Part shown: piece by piece, positions 23,029-33,507 of the stretch
How the letters are laid out: each line of letters begins with the position of its first letter
Numbering within the stretch: position 1 is the stretch's first letter
Origin: Fistulifera solaris
Lineage: Eukaryota
Direction: 5' to 3'
Length of the DNA: 64,000 nucleotides
Assembly: GCA_030295235.1 (NCBI GenBank)
Contig: AP026172.1
Span: 620,001 to 684,000 of the forward strand
Position numbers and translations under genes: made by a program
The notes under the pieces: generated by a model
Seen by the model: the letters and a program-made list of their open reading frames with translations, nothing else
What the model was told of the DNA's origin: nothing
Databases searched by the model: none

Positions 23029-24606
23029 TTACGGCATTTCTCCAATGTCGTTTGGGGCTTGATTTTTGAACTCAACAAGTTTTACATGCTCGTTGTCAAA
23101 CACAAAGACCCTCTCCAGAACGTCTCGTTTTCTCTGTTTGGAACTGGCCGGAAGACCATCCAACCATTTTACCCCTCGTCTCGATGAAGGTCGGGCGGGT
23201 TCCGGAATCTCTGTTGGTCTTTTCATTTCGCGAAGCTTTTTCAGAAGTTTCAGCTTCTCCTGACGTGCCTTTTCCAAATCTTTCCTCATCATGTGATGCC
23301 GCTCGTTTTCGCGCTCTCTTCGCGCTTTCTCCTCTGCCGTAGCGCTTCTGGACCGTATCTGCGAGTTGCTTGTCTCTGCAAGTTGAGCATCTTTTCCTTC
23401 CTCTTGCTCAACTTCGACAAGCCACGTCGGTTTGTGCATTTCGCCTGATTCTATCTTCTGCAAATCGCCCAGTCTCTCTTTCAGTAAATTATTCAATCGT
23501 TTAAACGGGGCCGCCAAGATAGTGCTAGCATGATTTTCTTTGCCGTTTTCTTTTGCTTTACTCTCCCAGCTTAATTTGATTTTGTTGAGTGCAGCTTGAA
23601 CCGCAATGACCGGTAGCCCACCAGTGTCAACGTGCGTCCACTTCTCAAGCTTGGCCCGACCCTTGGTTTGCGCACCGCTTACTAAGGAATCAACACGTTT
23701 ACTGAGATTCTTGATCACTCTGTTGATTTTGGATTGTATAATTGCCTGTTTGTCAAATGGAATATCTTCAAGAAATTCGAGCAGCGGCAATAGCAATAAA
23801 CCTGTTGGTGAGGGCCGAACTTCCGATCTTACTTCTTTAGTTACTTTCGTAGGTACGTCTCGAATTACAGGCTCTGTAGCCTCTAACACCCATCGACTCA
23901 AAATCTGAAGACCCTTTGCTCCTAAAATTAACATTAGCCTCCGTGGCGGTGCAGGTTTGGGACTCACCATGACAAAAGAATCTTGGAGAGTAATTGCCTT
24001 ATCATCTTCAGATATTCTAGGTCTTTTCGTAGGAGAAGGCTTGTCTTCTGTTTTCGAAGCATCCATTGATTGAGATGCCAGCGCTATTCTGGTTGTTTCA
24101 AAATTCTCTTGTATTCTTTCATCTAACTGATGAGTTCGTTCTAAAACTGCAAGCACCAGAGATCGGCTTGTCAAGCCCTGGCAACGCATGACCATCAGCC
24201 CAACAAAATCCAGTATTTTTGTCTCACGAAGAGCTCCAGCGATCCAAGTGTCCTCTTCTACATCGGTTTCCGCTTCCCAATCTGCACCCGTCGGAGATTC
24301 CCCAATTGTACAACATGAAACTAAAGCCTTTTCTAATGATGACGCGCCAGACCAGAGATCTTCTTTCAGATTCGACGCAGTATCCGACTGCTTTGTAGCT
24401 TTCTTCCCATTTATCGCATGTTTCGCCGCTTCTTGTTCCTTCAACCGACAAAGCACGTTTAAAGCTTCTTGTCGACGGGAAAGATAATCTCTCTCTACTG
24501 TCCGATTGGGCGGATTGCATTTGCTTGCTTCTATTTCATGTGTTCCATTTGCCATCAGCTGATGATAGGGAATTTTCTTAGTATCCTCAGTTTTTACGCA
24601 CTCCAT
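23029..24606 (-). CDS. TFIIS-N-terminal-domain protein with RVxW motif (PNUTS/PPP1R10-like)
   Basis: GLQILSRWV...LLLPLLEFLEDIPFDKQAIIQSKINRVIKNL...IKLSW resembles TFIIS-N. C-terminal RRGVKW...LERVFVFD. Confidence 0.6.
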   Translation of the reverse strand: MECVKTEDTKKIPYHQLMANGTHEIEASKCNPPNRTVERDYLSRRQEALNVLCRLKEQEAAKHAINGKKATKQSDTASNLKEDLWSGASSLEKALVSCCTIGESPTGADWEAETDVEEDTWIAGALRETKILDFVGLMVMRCQGLTSRSLVLAVLERTHQLDERIQENFETTRIALASQSMDASKTEDKPSPTKRPRISEDDKAITLQDSFVMVSPKPAPPRRLMLILGAKGLQILSRWVLEATEPVIRDVPTKVTKEVRSEVRPSPTGLLLLPLLEFLEDIPFDKQAIIQSKINRVIKNLSKRVDSLVSGAQTKGRAKLEKWTHVDTGGLPVIAVQAALNKIKLSWESKAKENGKENHASTILAAPFKRLNNLLKERLGDLQKIESGEMHKPTWLVEVEQEEGKDAQLAETSNSQIRSRSATAEEKARRERENERHHMMRKDLEKARQEKLKLLKKLREMKRPTEIPEPARPSSRRGVKWLDGLPASSKQRKRDVLERVFVFDNEHVKLVEFKNQAPNDIGEMP

Positions 24607-25225
24607 TGTAAATGGTGGGACAAGTAGCCCGAAACCGTCAAAGGGCAGTAAAGGTAAGAGACGACAATGGATTTTGCAAAATAAATGATCCAAGGAAAAT
24701 GCGTTTGCATAGAATCACCGTCTGCGGTTAAGATGCGCAATGATAACTGACAGCTACGAAGGAGCAACGGGCATTTTTATTCACAAATTCAAAAGCACTC
24801 TTTTATTTTACAGCGTTTGATCGACATCAGTTTAATAATCAAAGTTGTCGCGATGATGAGTGGAGGCGAACGCGAAAACTTAGTGCTGTGTTGCGCGGTG
24901 AGTTACAAAGTACGGTACGGTACTCCTTATTAAACAATAGACGTAAACGTAGTACCCAGTGTCTGTACTCTACAGTTCTAAAACACGGTTCATAATTAGC
25001 TTGCTACTTTGTACATTTAGCTCTGAAATGTTATATTGGATAAGCTGTAACCTTTCTGTTGCACTGCACTCTAACCTGTAACCTTACCTTGTATTTTACT
25101 TTTTGCAACACCAATAAAACGCGAAACGCGAAATTTGCTAAGAATGGCGGAGCGTGTTATGTTGCAGAGGGCGGCAATCATAATAATTGACACCATCATC
25201 CCTTTATCGCATCAATCTCGATTCA

Positions 25226-28026
25226 ATGGATACAGATGAGTCATTAAGTGGGAAAATCCGGTCGTTGTTTATCAAGTACGAACACTATGTTCGCACAATT
25301 CCGGCCAGCGAGGCACCGCGGCCTTCAGTTTCTGCAAAGAAAGCCACTTCGCCATCGCAGACTGTGCAAAATATCGAGGTACCTCACAGCCCCAAACAGT
25401 TTTTGGAAGACTTTCGTAGTGGACTGAGAGAAGTTTACAAATTATACGACCGCCAGGGCCGGCCGATCAAGTTCCGTGATCTTGTTGGCTCCTTGGAACA
25501 AATTAGTGTCGATCTTTCGTCGGCATGTAGACCGACGTCCATAGTGTCTCGTGGTGAAAGCGGAGAAGACCCCGGATTCACTGTTAGGAGTCGAGTTTCA
25601 CGCGCGACAAATTTAGATAGCAGCACTACAGCTGCAAGTCTACAAGAGGAATCAGACTCCGATGAGGAAGAGAGTGTGCGCTACTACAAATCGCCACAGC
25701 TTCTTCGAACGCCGCCATCGATTCGAACAGCTGTTTCTGCTACTCGCAATTTCGTTGACCTCACAACGGAAAAGCAAGGCATGCAGAAGGGGCTTGAGAT
25801 TATTTCACTGTTAGACTCTAGTGAAAGTGAGGACATAAGTTATGACCACATACGGCGAAAGAAACGCAAAGGCAATCGAAACGAAGCTTCCCAGACAACT
25901 CCACCGCTGCGCAAGTCCGCAATGAATGCCAGCAAAGTACTCAGTGAGAGTATCGATATGTTATTTGCGAGGTGTCGTAAGTTTAGCCGAACACTTCCAG
26001 CGGGACATTCATTTCGGACCACCTATGATTTACTCGAAAAAGTGTTCCCGATTGGAGTTGTGCCAGTGTGCAGGTCCACATTCCCGCTGAACCTACAGAC
26101 TCTCTTAACGATTTACGCAGTCGATTCGATGAAGTTTATGGGATATTTGACCGAATGGGGCGACCTATTGATATATCCGAGCGCTTGGACTTATTAAGGC
26201 AGATCCTTTCGATGAATTCTTTAAAGCCCCATTCCAGATCGAGTTTTACAGCGAACAGCAATGAAAACCCGTTGAATTCACACGATAGGACCCCGAACAG
26301 CTTCGCACGTCTAAAAGATGATTCAAAATATAACAATGACGAACCCAGTGACGAGAACATATCACTTCATTCCACAGGTCAATCAGTGCAAGAAAATCAA
26401 TTCTGCAAGAATAAGTTTGTCGACCTCACGGCGAACAAGTTCTACAAACACTTTGAATACCGAAAAGTAGCGACTATGGATGTCGATGACGACGATGAAA
26501 ATAGTGTATATGATAGCAGCACAGAATCAGAAATGGAACAGCGAATGAACGGCGTCCATAATGCTAATCTAACGTGCACCGTGAAAAGACCGCCGGACCA
26601 TGCTCCTCCTCCGAGCGCACCTATTGCAATCAAAGAACCAACGACACCTCCTCCATGTGCAAGTATCTCAATCAAAGAACCCACGAAGTCGCGTGAAAAA
26701 GCAATGGTATTACCCGAGTCTGGTGACGAAGAAGAAGACAATGTGTCGGATTCGGACGTTCCCAAGGTTTTGTTAAATCTGAATCCATCCCGTTCTTCTC
26801 ATTTATTGCGATCATCAATAAAACGGACATCGAACGGACATGCCAAAGAATCGCACGGCGAGCCCGTCTACTGTGTCAGCTGGTCAAAGGATTTCAGCCA
26901 ATCAAACGCTGAAGCAGAGAAGCATTCTGTTTCTCGCTATCTTTCAACTTGCGGGTCGAACGCCGCCACTGTTTACAGAATTGTCTTTGGCAGCAGCCAT
27001 GGGAGCCGAGTCGAAAGCAGGCACTTTGTTATGACGCAGTCCTACATAATTGACGATAAAGACGAATCGCTTTATGCCTGCACCTTCGCGGGGAGGTCAT
27101 CGGGAGATGGGGCGGATCGTAGCACGTCATGCACTACAAAGATGCCGGAACTACTCTGTGTTGGTGGAGCGAGGAGAGTTATCCATGTGATTGATGTTGT
27201 TGCAAAGAAAAGTGTCATGACATTGCACGGGCATGGAGACTCAATTTTGAGCTTGAAACCATGCACCACTGATGAGTGGATATTACTAAGTTCTTCCGAA
27301 GATCAAAGTATTCGATTGTGGAACCTGCGCTCAGGAGCTTCGGTAGCGGTCCTGAAGGGCAGAGAAGGACACATAGATTCTGTTATTTGTGCTGCTTGGA
27401 ATCCAAGTGCGACACTTATCATTAGTGGCGGAATGGACACTACGATTAAGATTTGGGATGCTCGGGATGGTTCACAGCTTAGACAAGCTATCGCTAGGAG
27501 TCACGAAGTAATTGATTTGCTGAAAAATGAACCAGTTTTTCTTGATGAAAAGCCAATATTGGTCACTTGTCCCATCTTTTCGACGCAAAGGGTCCACGCT
27601 CATTGCGTTGACTGCGTGCAATTCATTCAGAATGGTTTGGTCCTTTCCAAGTCCGTGGATTCTCGTATCGAGCTGTGGGAGCCGATTTTTGAGGGAACAG
27701 ACAGCGAGACCGTAAGGATGAAGAATCAGAGCGGTGTCGAGCATCTTCATAGCTTTGAATACAGCAAGGGAGACGTTTGGTACATGAGCTTCGCCACCGA
27801 CCCGCTTTTTAAGCGACTTGTCGTTGGAGATTGTGATGGGCATTTGTATGTATGGAATATCGGCCAGAAAACATCAACACCTGCTTATGTACTTCAAACG
27901 CACGGCAACATCAGTGTACCAGTTCGAGGAGTTGCCTTCTCTCCATGTGGCAATACTATCGTAGCTTATAGAGATGACGGAAGTTTTTTCAAGTGGGATT
28001 TAAGGTTAAAATTAAATATTGCTTGA
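25226..28026 (+). CDS. EED: Polycomb PRC2 WD40 subunit EED/ESC/FIE with long N-terminal extension
   Basis: HGEPVYCVSW, DESLYACTF, LHGHGDSI, LSSSEDQSIRLWN, EGH.DSV, SGGMDTTIKIW, VHAHCVDCVQF, LSKSVD, DVWYMSF. Two ORFs joined across a break at 26029-26068. Confidence 0.85.
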
Positions 28027-28150
28027 TCCTAATGCAAACTTTGGAAAGTGCTGAACTTTCATAGACTCTCGAAACTAGACGGTTTTGCTTATAAATAACT
28101 ATGATGGATGAAATGAGGCAAAGTGCCGCGCGATTCATTCAAGGAGACGA

Positions 28151-28783
28151 CTATCCCATTGTCCTCCGCGGGGTGTCTTTTGAGGAAGGCTTTAAAAAAC
28201 CGCCGCTTTTCGTACCAGTCTCCGCTTTTTTCTTCGAGAGTCGATTTGTGGACGTTTTCCCAACAGAGATGTGAATTTTTTCTCCCTCTTTAATGCTGTA
28301 GTCTTTCGGTTCACCAATATCCAGCTTGGCCATGTTCTGCTCCACTTCCTTCTCCCGGCGGGCGTCTTCCAGAGCCGTGTTAAAGTCAAAAGCATCGTTT
28401 CTCTCGTTAAATGCCATACCCACAAACAGATGTTTCCCATCCGCACTTTCAACTTTAAGCACAAAATATCGACTGCTATCAACGCAACGATCCACGGCTC
28501 CATCGCTCACCGGGCACACGGCAAATATCGAATTATTTTTCGAATCAAGGAGTAATATTACAGTCAAATCACCGCGTTCTACGACTTTTAATGTTCCCTG
28601 CCAGACTTCTTTATCCCAATCGGCACCACGCCAGCCTCCCGCTGTCGGTCGAGGCGGAAGCTTGAAAATATGAGCGTCCGGAATGGTGCAACGAACGCGT
28701 TCGATGACTTCCAGATCTTTCAGCGACTCGAGATACGCCGCAGCAACATTCGGCACTCCAATTTGCTCTGCTGTCTTCGGCAT
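28151..28783 (-). CDS. NECAP: Adaptin ear-binding coat-associated protein (NECAP, PHear domain)
   Basis: KLPPR..GWRGADW, VDSSRYFVL, GMAFNERNDAFDFNTAL, KDYSIKEGEKIHI. Confidence 0.92.
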   Translation of the reverse strand: MPKTAEQIGVPNVAAAYLESLKDLEVIERVRCTIPDAHIFKLPPRPTAGGWRGADWDKEVWQGTLKVVERGDLTVILLLDSKNNSIFAVCPVSDGAVDRCVDSSRYFVLKVESADGKHLFVGMAFNERNDAFDFNTALEDARREKEVEQNMAKLDIGEPKDYSIKEGEKIHISVGKTSTNRLSKKKAETGTKSGGFLKPSSKDTPRRTMG

Positions 28784-29101
28784 TGTTTTTGAATACAGGA
28801 CTATAATTCTAATGTTTGCAAAGAAAAGAAAACGATTTTACAAGTTATTACAAAGTACTCTCTCGTTGTCATTTTCAATAAAACCGCTCTGTGTGCGGGT
28901 TTTTTTGCGGCGATCGTCGAAAATCCCACACTCCCCATTTCCATCTTCCATTATGATATACCAGTACCGTTGCGTCAAACTTGGGACATACCCCAAAACG
29001 AAATTAAGGACAAGTATTTCACAATCTCACATAATTTATCTCGCGCCACTCCAAACTATTCCGAAACAACATTTCAAACCATTACTAAGAACAAAAAGGC
29101 T

Positions 29102-30118
29102 TTAAAGTCTAGATTTCTGATGGATTCGGCGTACATGTTTCTCACAAAAATCTAACGCAGCTTCTATTTGTTCGTCATCAACGACAAAATCGTGTCGTAA
29201 CCGCGGATTGTACTCCCACTCGACAGTTTCTGGGATCAACTTACTTTCTTTTAAACGTCGCAAGTCATCCAGGTGATGTTCCGGTGCCCATTGATCGTTC
29301 CCTGCGAACAGCAAGACCGTCGGACATTGTCGTAGTGGTGCCGCATTGACCGTTTCCGGCAAATCTCGTATTTCTTTCAACCCCAACGAAAAAAAGTTTT
29401 TCACAAAATGATACTGACAAGCCAAGTCAATCGCAACGGATCGAGCAGTAGGTTCGGGTATAGACGAACGCATGATACGATCCACCCACGATCGGGGCAG
29501 TTGCGATAACCACAAGGACAAGAATTCATGAACCCGTATGGTAGCGGTAGGATATGCCGCTAATGTATCCATCAAAATTTGTTGCTTCCATGGAGCATTT
29601 ATACGAATAAAAGGCATTAGACCAATCAACAATTCGGTTCGCGCCAGGATATCCGCACGTCGCATGAGAAGTTGCTGTGTGAAAAAGGTTCCCACGGAAT
29701 GACACACAAAAATGAGGTTGGTTTGCCGTACTGCACCGCGTATTTGCGCAATCTGGCGAAATTCTTGAATGACTAGATCAACGTACGCCGCTTTGTGCAT
29801 CGATTGGCCATCCACCGTCCACGATACGTCCGTACAGCGAGATACTGCCGCGATGCGTTCCGGATGTAACGAATGTCCCGCATGACCGATTCCGCGGGCC
29901 GCAAAGCCCGGTCCTAATCTTTGAATTAATTGATGAAACAAAGAGAGGTACCATTCAATGAGGCCCGGATTTCCTGGAACGAACACGAGTACGGTATGGG
30001 GAGCGTCGATCACAATGTCGTCGTGCCAAGACACGTAATAATCGACAGAAAAGCTATCCGAGGGCCATCCGCAGACGGTAGTGGTCCCTCTTTGCAATCG
30101 AGGAGAAGAGGCTTTCAT
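29102..30118 (-). CDS. Lipid droplet-associated hydrolase family alpha/beta hydrolase (LDAH-like)
   Basis: FVPGNPGLIEWY, GHAGH, nucleophile elbow CHSVG, DQWAP, HDFV. Ends SRL. Confidence 0.82.
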   Translation of the reverse strand: MKASSPRLQRGTTTVCGWPSDSFSVDYYVSWHDDIVIDAPHTVLVFVPGNPGLIEWYLSLFHQLIQRLGPGFAARGIGHAGHSLHPERIAAVSRCTDVSWTVDGQSMHKAAYVDLVIQEFRQIAQIRGAVRQTNLIFVCHSVGTFFTQQLLMRRADILARTELLIGLMPFIRINAPWKQQILMDTLAAYPTATIRVHEFLSLWLSQLPRSWVDRIMRSSIPEPTARSVAIDLACQYHFVKNFFSLGLKEIRDLPETVNAAPLRQCPTVLLFAGNDQWAPEHHLDDLRRLKESKLIPETVEWEYNPRLRHDFVVDDEQIEAALDFCEKHVRRIHQKSRL

Positions 30119-30437
30119 CTTTGCGGTAAAAAGTTGGAATAGGATAATTATAATCGAAGGAAGAAAGCGAGTTTGCTGGTTTTATTTTTTTTTTTTTCGC
30201 CATCTTTTCACATGGCAAAAAAACGACCTCTCCTCGATCCTCGATCGCCGTGAACAACGAAGGGGTACCGGACGACGACAAAAGCACGTTTGACACTTAA
30301 TCAGACTTTTAAAATTGTACGGAGTGAAAAAATGATGCGGCGATAAGGCGCCGTTTCATTGCCAGAAAATCATGCATTTATCGCCATGAAAGCATATAGA
30401 ACTTTGAGACGAATCAACTCCCGGCCCTTTTTCTCGA

Positions 30438-31662
30438 ATGAATTGTCACAGCCTCTCTCATGATGAGCGCATTCCGTTTCGGCGGTTGGCTCTCACTGTG
30501 CTGTGGTTTCTCTGTCACGCTGGTGTGTCGACGTGTTTTTATCCACTAACAAAATTGATTCGGCATCGTCCCTCCACGGCACATTACGCTTTTTCTTTGA
30601 CTTCTGCTTTGGAATCATGTGTTGACGATAAATGTATCCTACGATGGATCAATATGACAGACACAACCGATGTCGACGACGACGACGACGACGATTTCTC
30701 GAATTGTCGTACCATACCACTGTATCCTCTGGCAGCTTGCTATCTTGCTACGGGTCAACATCAATTGCGCAATATTGAGCCTCGAAATCTTAAGATGGCA
30801 ACAGATCTCGGTATCGGTGGACGTTTCTGTGTCGCCTGTTCCGCTATCGATACGGGACGAATCGCTGCGGTAGGTACCATTTTCGCATTCTGCACATGGA
30901 CTCCCAAACAGATCCCGTCTCGGGACTTTTACTCCGAATCTTGTTGACGTGTGAAGCGGAAGAATTGGTGAATATCCGAAACATCCAAAATCCCGAAGCA
31001 GCCAAATGGGAAAATCGTCTGCAGCGTTCGGAAGAATACCTCATTGCCACTGTGTGCTCTCGACCCAATAAGACAAGCAACTCGCAGCACAGCAGTATCC
31101 AACAACTCACTCAAGCCATACTAGAAGAGTACAATCAAGTTTCTCAAATGTATAAAGATGGTATGGGTGCCGAGGCATTGCCACCCTTTACCAGAGAACG
31201 CTTGGTGGATGTCCTGCCGCCGCGGTCTGGTCCTTTGGCAATAGACAATGAAGCATCCTTCTGGCAAATGGTACAAGATTGGCAAACTCTTTGTTACACC
31301 GTCCGTGAAGGACACCAAATTAGATTGGTGAGTGATAGAAATGAATTGTTAATTGACGCGGCGATTGCAAAGGTGGCCCTTTGAATCTACCGGTACATGT
31401 GGAAGATTTGTTGTTGGAGGATCGACAAAAAGTACAAGAGTTGGAAGTCTCGGCACAACAGCAGTGGTTATTGTTGCGATTGGATCCGACCATGGACTTT
31501 CAAGTACTTTTGTCCTTCGAAACGTATAAAGAGCGATTGCAGTATTTTGCAAGTATGGTTCGTCGAGAACGAATCAGATTAGAACGACTCTTGCAAACCG
31601 ACCAAAGGGGAAAGAAGGATATAGACAAGAAAATAGACAAGGCACCAAACAAGAGCGCATAG
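30438..31662 (+). CDS. LON peptidase N-terminal (substrate-binding) domain protein, probably organelle-targeted
   Basis: IPLYPL.ACYL...LRNIEPRNLKM...FCV...VGTI, and a C-terminal Q.LL...ERLQ helix. Frameshifts near 30883 and 31375. Confidence 0.55.
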
Positions 31663-31714
31663 TTTGATGATAGCGCTTGGTGCTAAAACTCAAGTCTTAT
31701 GAAAATTAAAGTGA

Positions 31715-32873
31715 CTATTCTCGATCTTGCATTTGTGAACTGGTGGGAGGAGACATGGATGGTGTTACAGGAGGATTGTCAATGATATCCAGTAAAAACT
31801 CGGCCATCTTCGTTCCACCCTTGGCGGATGGTTCCACACGAGCCACATAATCCGTTGTGTCTTTTCCATTCAAAGCATTGTACAAGGGGACGGGTATCAC
31901 TTCCACACCTGGTATTCGAATCATGGATGTCGCTTCATGATACGCTTTTCGTATCAATAGTTGTATTTTTTCCGGATCTTTGTCATAACCCAAAAATTCA
32001 AAGCCCAGCTCGCCCAGCCGCCAGTATTCGTCTCGTCGGGGTAATAAATCATACAGATCAGAATTTTTGCAGGTTTGGTTTTGGATGTTAAGGCTGAGAA
32101 CACAGTTTTGTTGTGGATGAGGAACATTTTATTTGTCAGCATAACGGAAACAGAGGAAGTAACTACGCACCTTCCAAATAGTACTGGACACGAATCTGAA
32201 ACAAGTGACGGAAATAGCCCAAGCACGGCGGACACGAACACGCACATGACCAACACGATGGACCGCAACCACAACAATAATCTTGGACTGCAGGAAAAGT
32301 GAATAGGTGAGTTGTTACAACTCATTCATATCCAGAGGTAGAATGTTAGCACTTACAGGGACAATAGCCAAAAGTAAATCCTTTTTCTAAAATCTGCTGG
32401 GGCATACAAACAATGGCTCCCATTGACGCAATCGTACAAGGACATGGTTTCATGGCGATATCGTTGCCACCAATGGAAACAATGAGTATATCATTCGCCT
32501 GTAGATTGTCCCTTATAAAATAGTCTTGCGGTCGCAGTTGAAAGGTTCGTTCGTTCAAGGTTGTCGCTTCCACTGCCGCATTGATGGCGGCAGTTGATTT
32601 TCGATTCTTACTTTGCTGACAGTGATAATTTAACCAGAAAGTGACATCCTGAATAGATCGAGGTGGTTGCAGCACATACTTGTAAGCTCCCACGGCAGTC
32701 GCTTCTTCTTCGACCCAGTATTTGTTATCGAGAGAACTGTCACCCGCCGTCCAAATTAAACGTGATGATTTTTCACGCAAGGCTACAAGGATGGGTTCAA
32801 GATCTTTGATACGGTGACCGTGATATTCGCCGTAATAGGCTTTGGCGGATACTTTTGAGGAGGCAGACGACAT
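31715..32873 (-). CDS. SGNH/GDSL hydrolase-fold protein with Cys-rich insert
   Basis: AGDSSLDNKYW, VSIGGNDI, DYVARVEPS. Introns 32288-32356 and 32094-32170 splice in frame. Frameshift near 31995. Confidence 0.75.
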
Positions 32874-33507
32874 GATAGGATGCAACGAATTTTGCCAATA
32901 CAACTCGGATTGATAAAACTGAGCGGCCGGACCTGTGATGAAGTGATTGTTGACAACTACTTCGTATTGCTGTTGCACTAAGAAGTGGTTTAGATGGTTC
33001 ATATCATCCAACACGAGCAAAGGGGCGCATCTCTGTTTGAAATAATGATATTGTGTTGTCGTGGCGAGTGCCGAATGCGAATTACCAAGAAATCTTGATA
33101 TTGGGCACCCCCAAATTCTTGACCACGAAATCCTGATGTTAGTTAGGCGAAAACCAGGAAAATATCCGGGCTTTTCTATTACCCCAAACTTATTGACCAC
33201 ATTAATGAACCTCTTAATTATTACGGAGCATTACTATTCCCTCTTTCCTTTTTTCCGTGTTATTCCTTTCGACCACGTGCAGTAATCTATGGGAATTCTT
33301 ATTAAGGAGAAACGAATAGGGTCACAATTAAGTAAAATTACCAGGTGCCACGAGGAACGCGAGGAGTCATGTACCCTATCCATTTTGGTGGTAAGGGTGC
33401 GATGCGCAATCCAGATCAGATTGAATGAATCATATCACATCTAACATTTATTGACGTGTCAGATTATGAGAGAAAAACGTATGGCTGACACATACGATTC
33501 GCCTGGC

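Noticed and set aside
25044..25090. Telomere-like TAACC repeats
   Set aside because: Only three or four dispersed imperfect units, not a CCCTAA array.
25977..26073. Intron explaining the break in the EED gene
   Set aside because: The GTAAGT donor with either nearby AG acceptor does not restore the downstream frame, and the region encodes part of the repeated module.
30672..30695. (GAC)n microsatellite
   Set aside because: Encodes a poly-Asp linker within a CDS. Ordinary.
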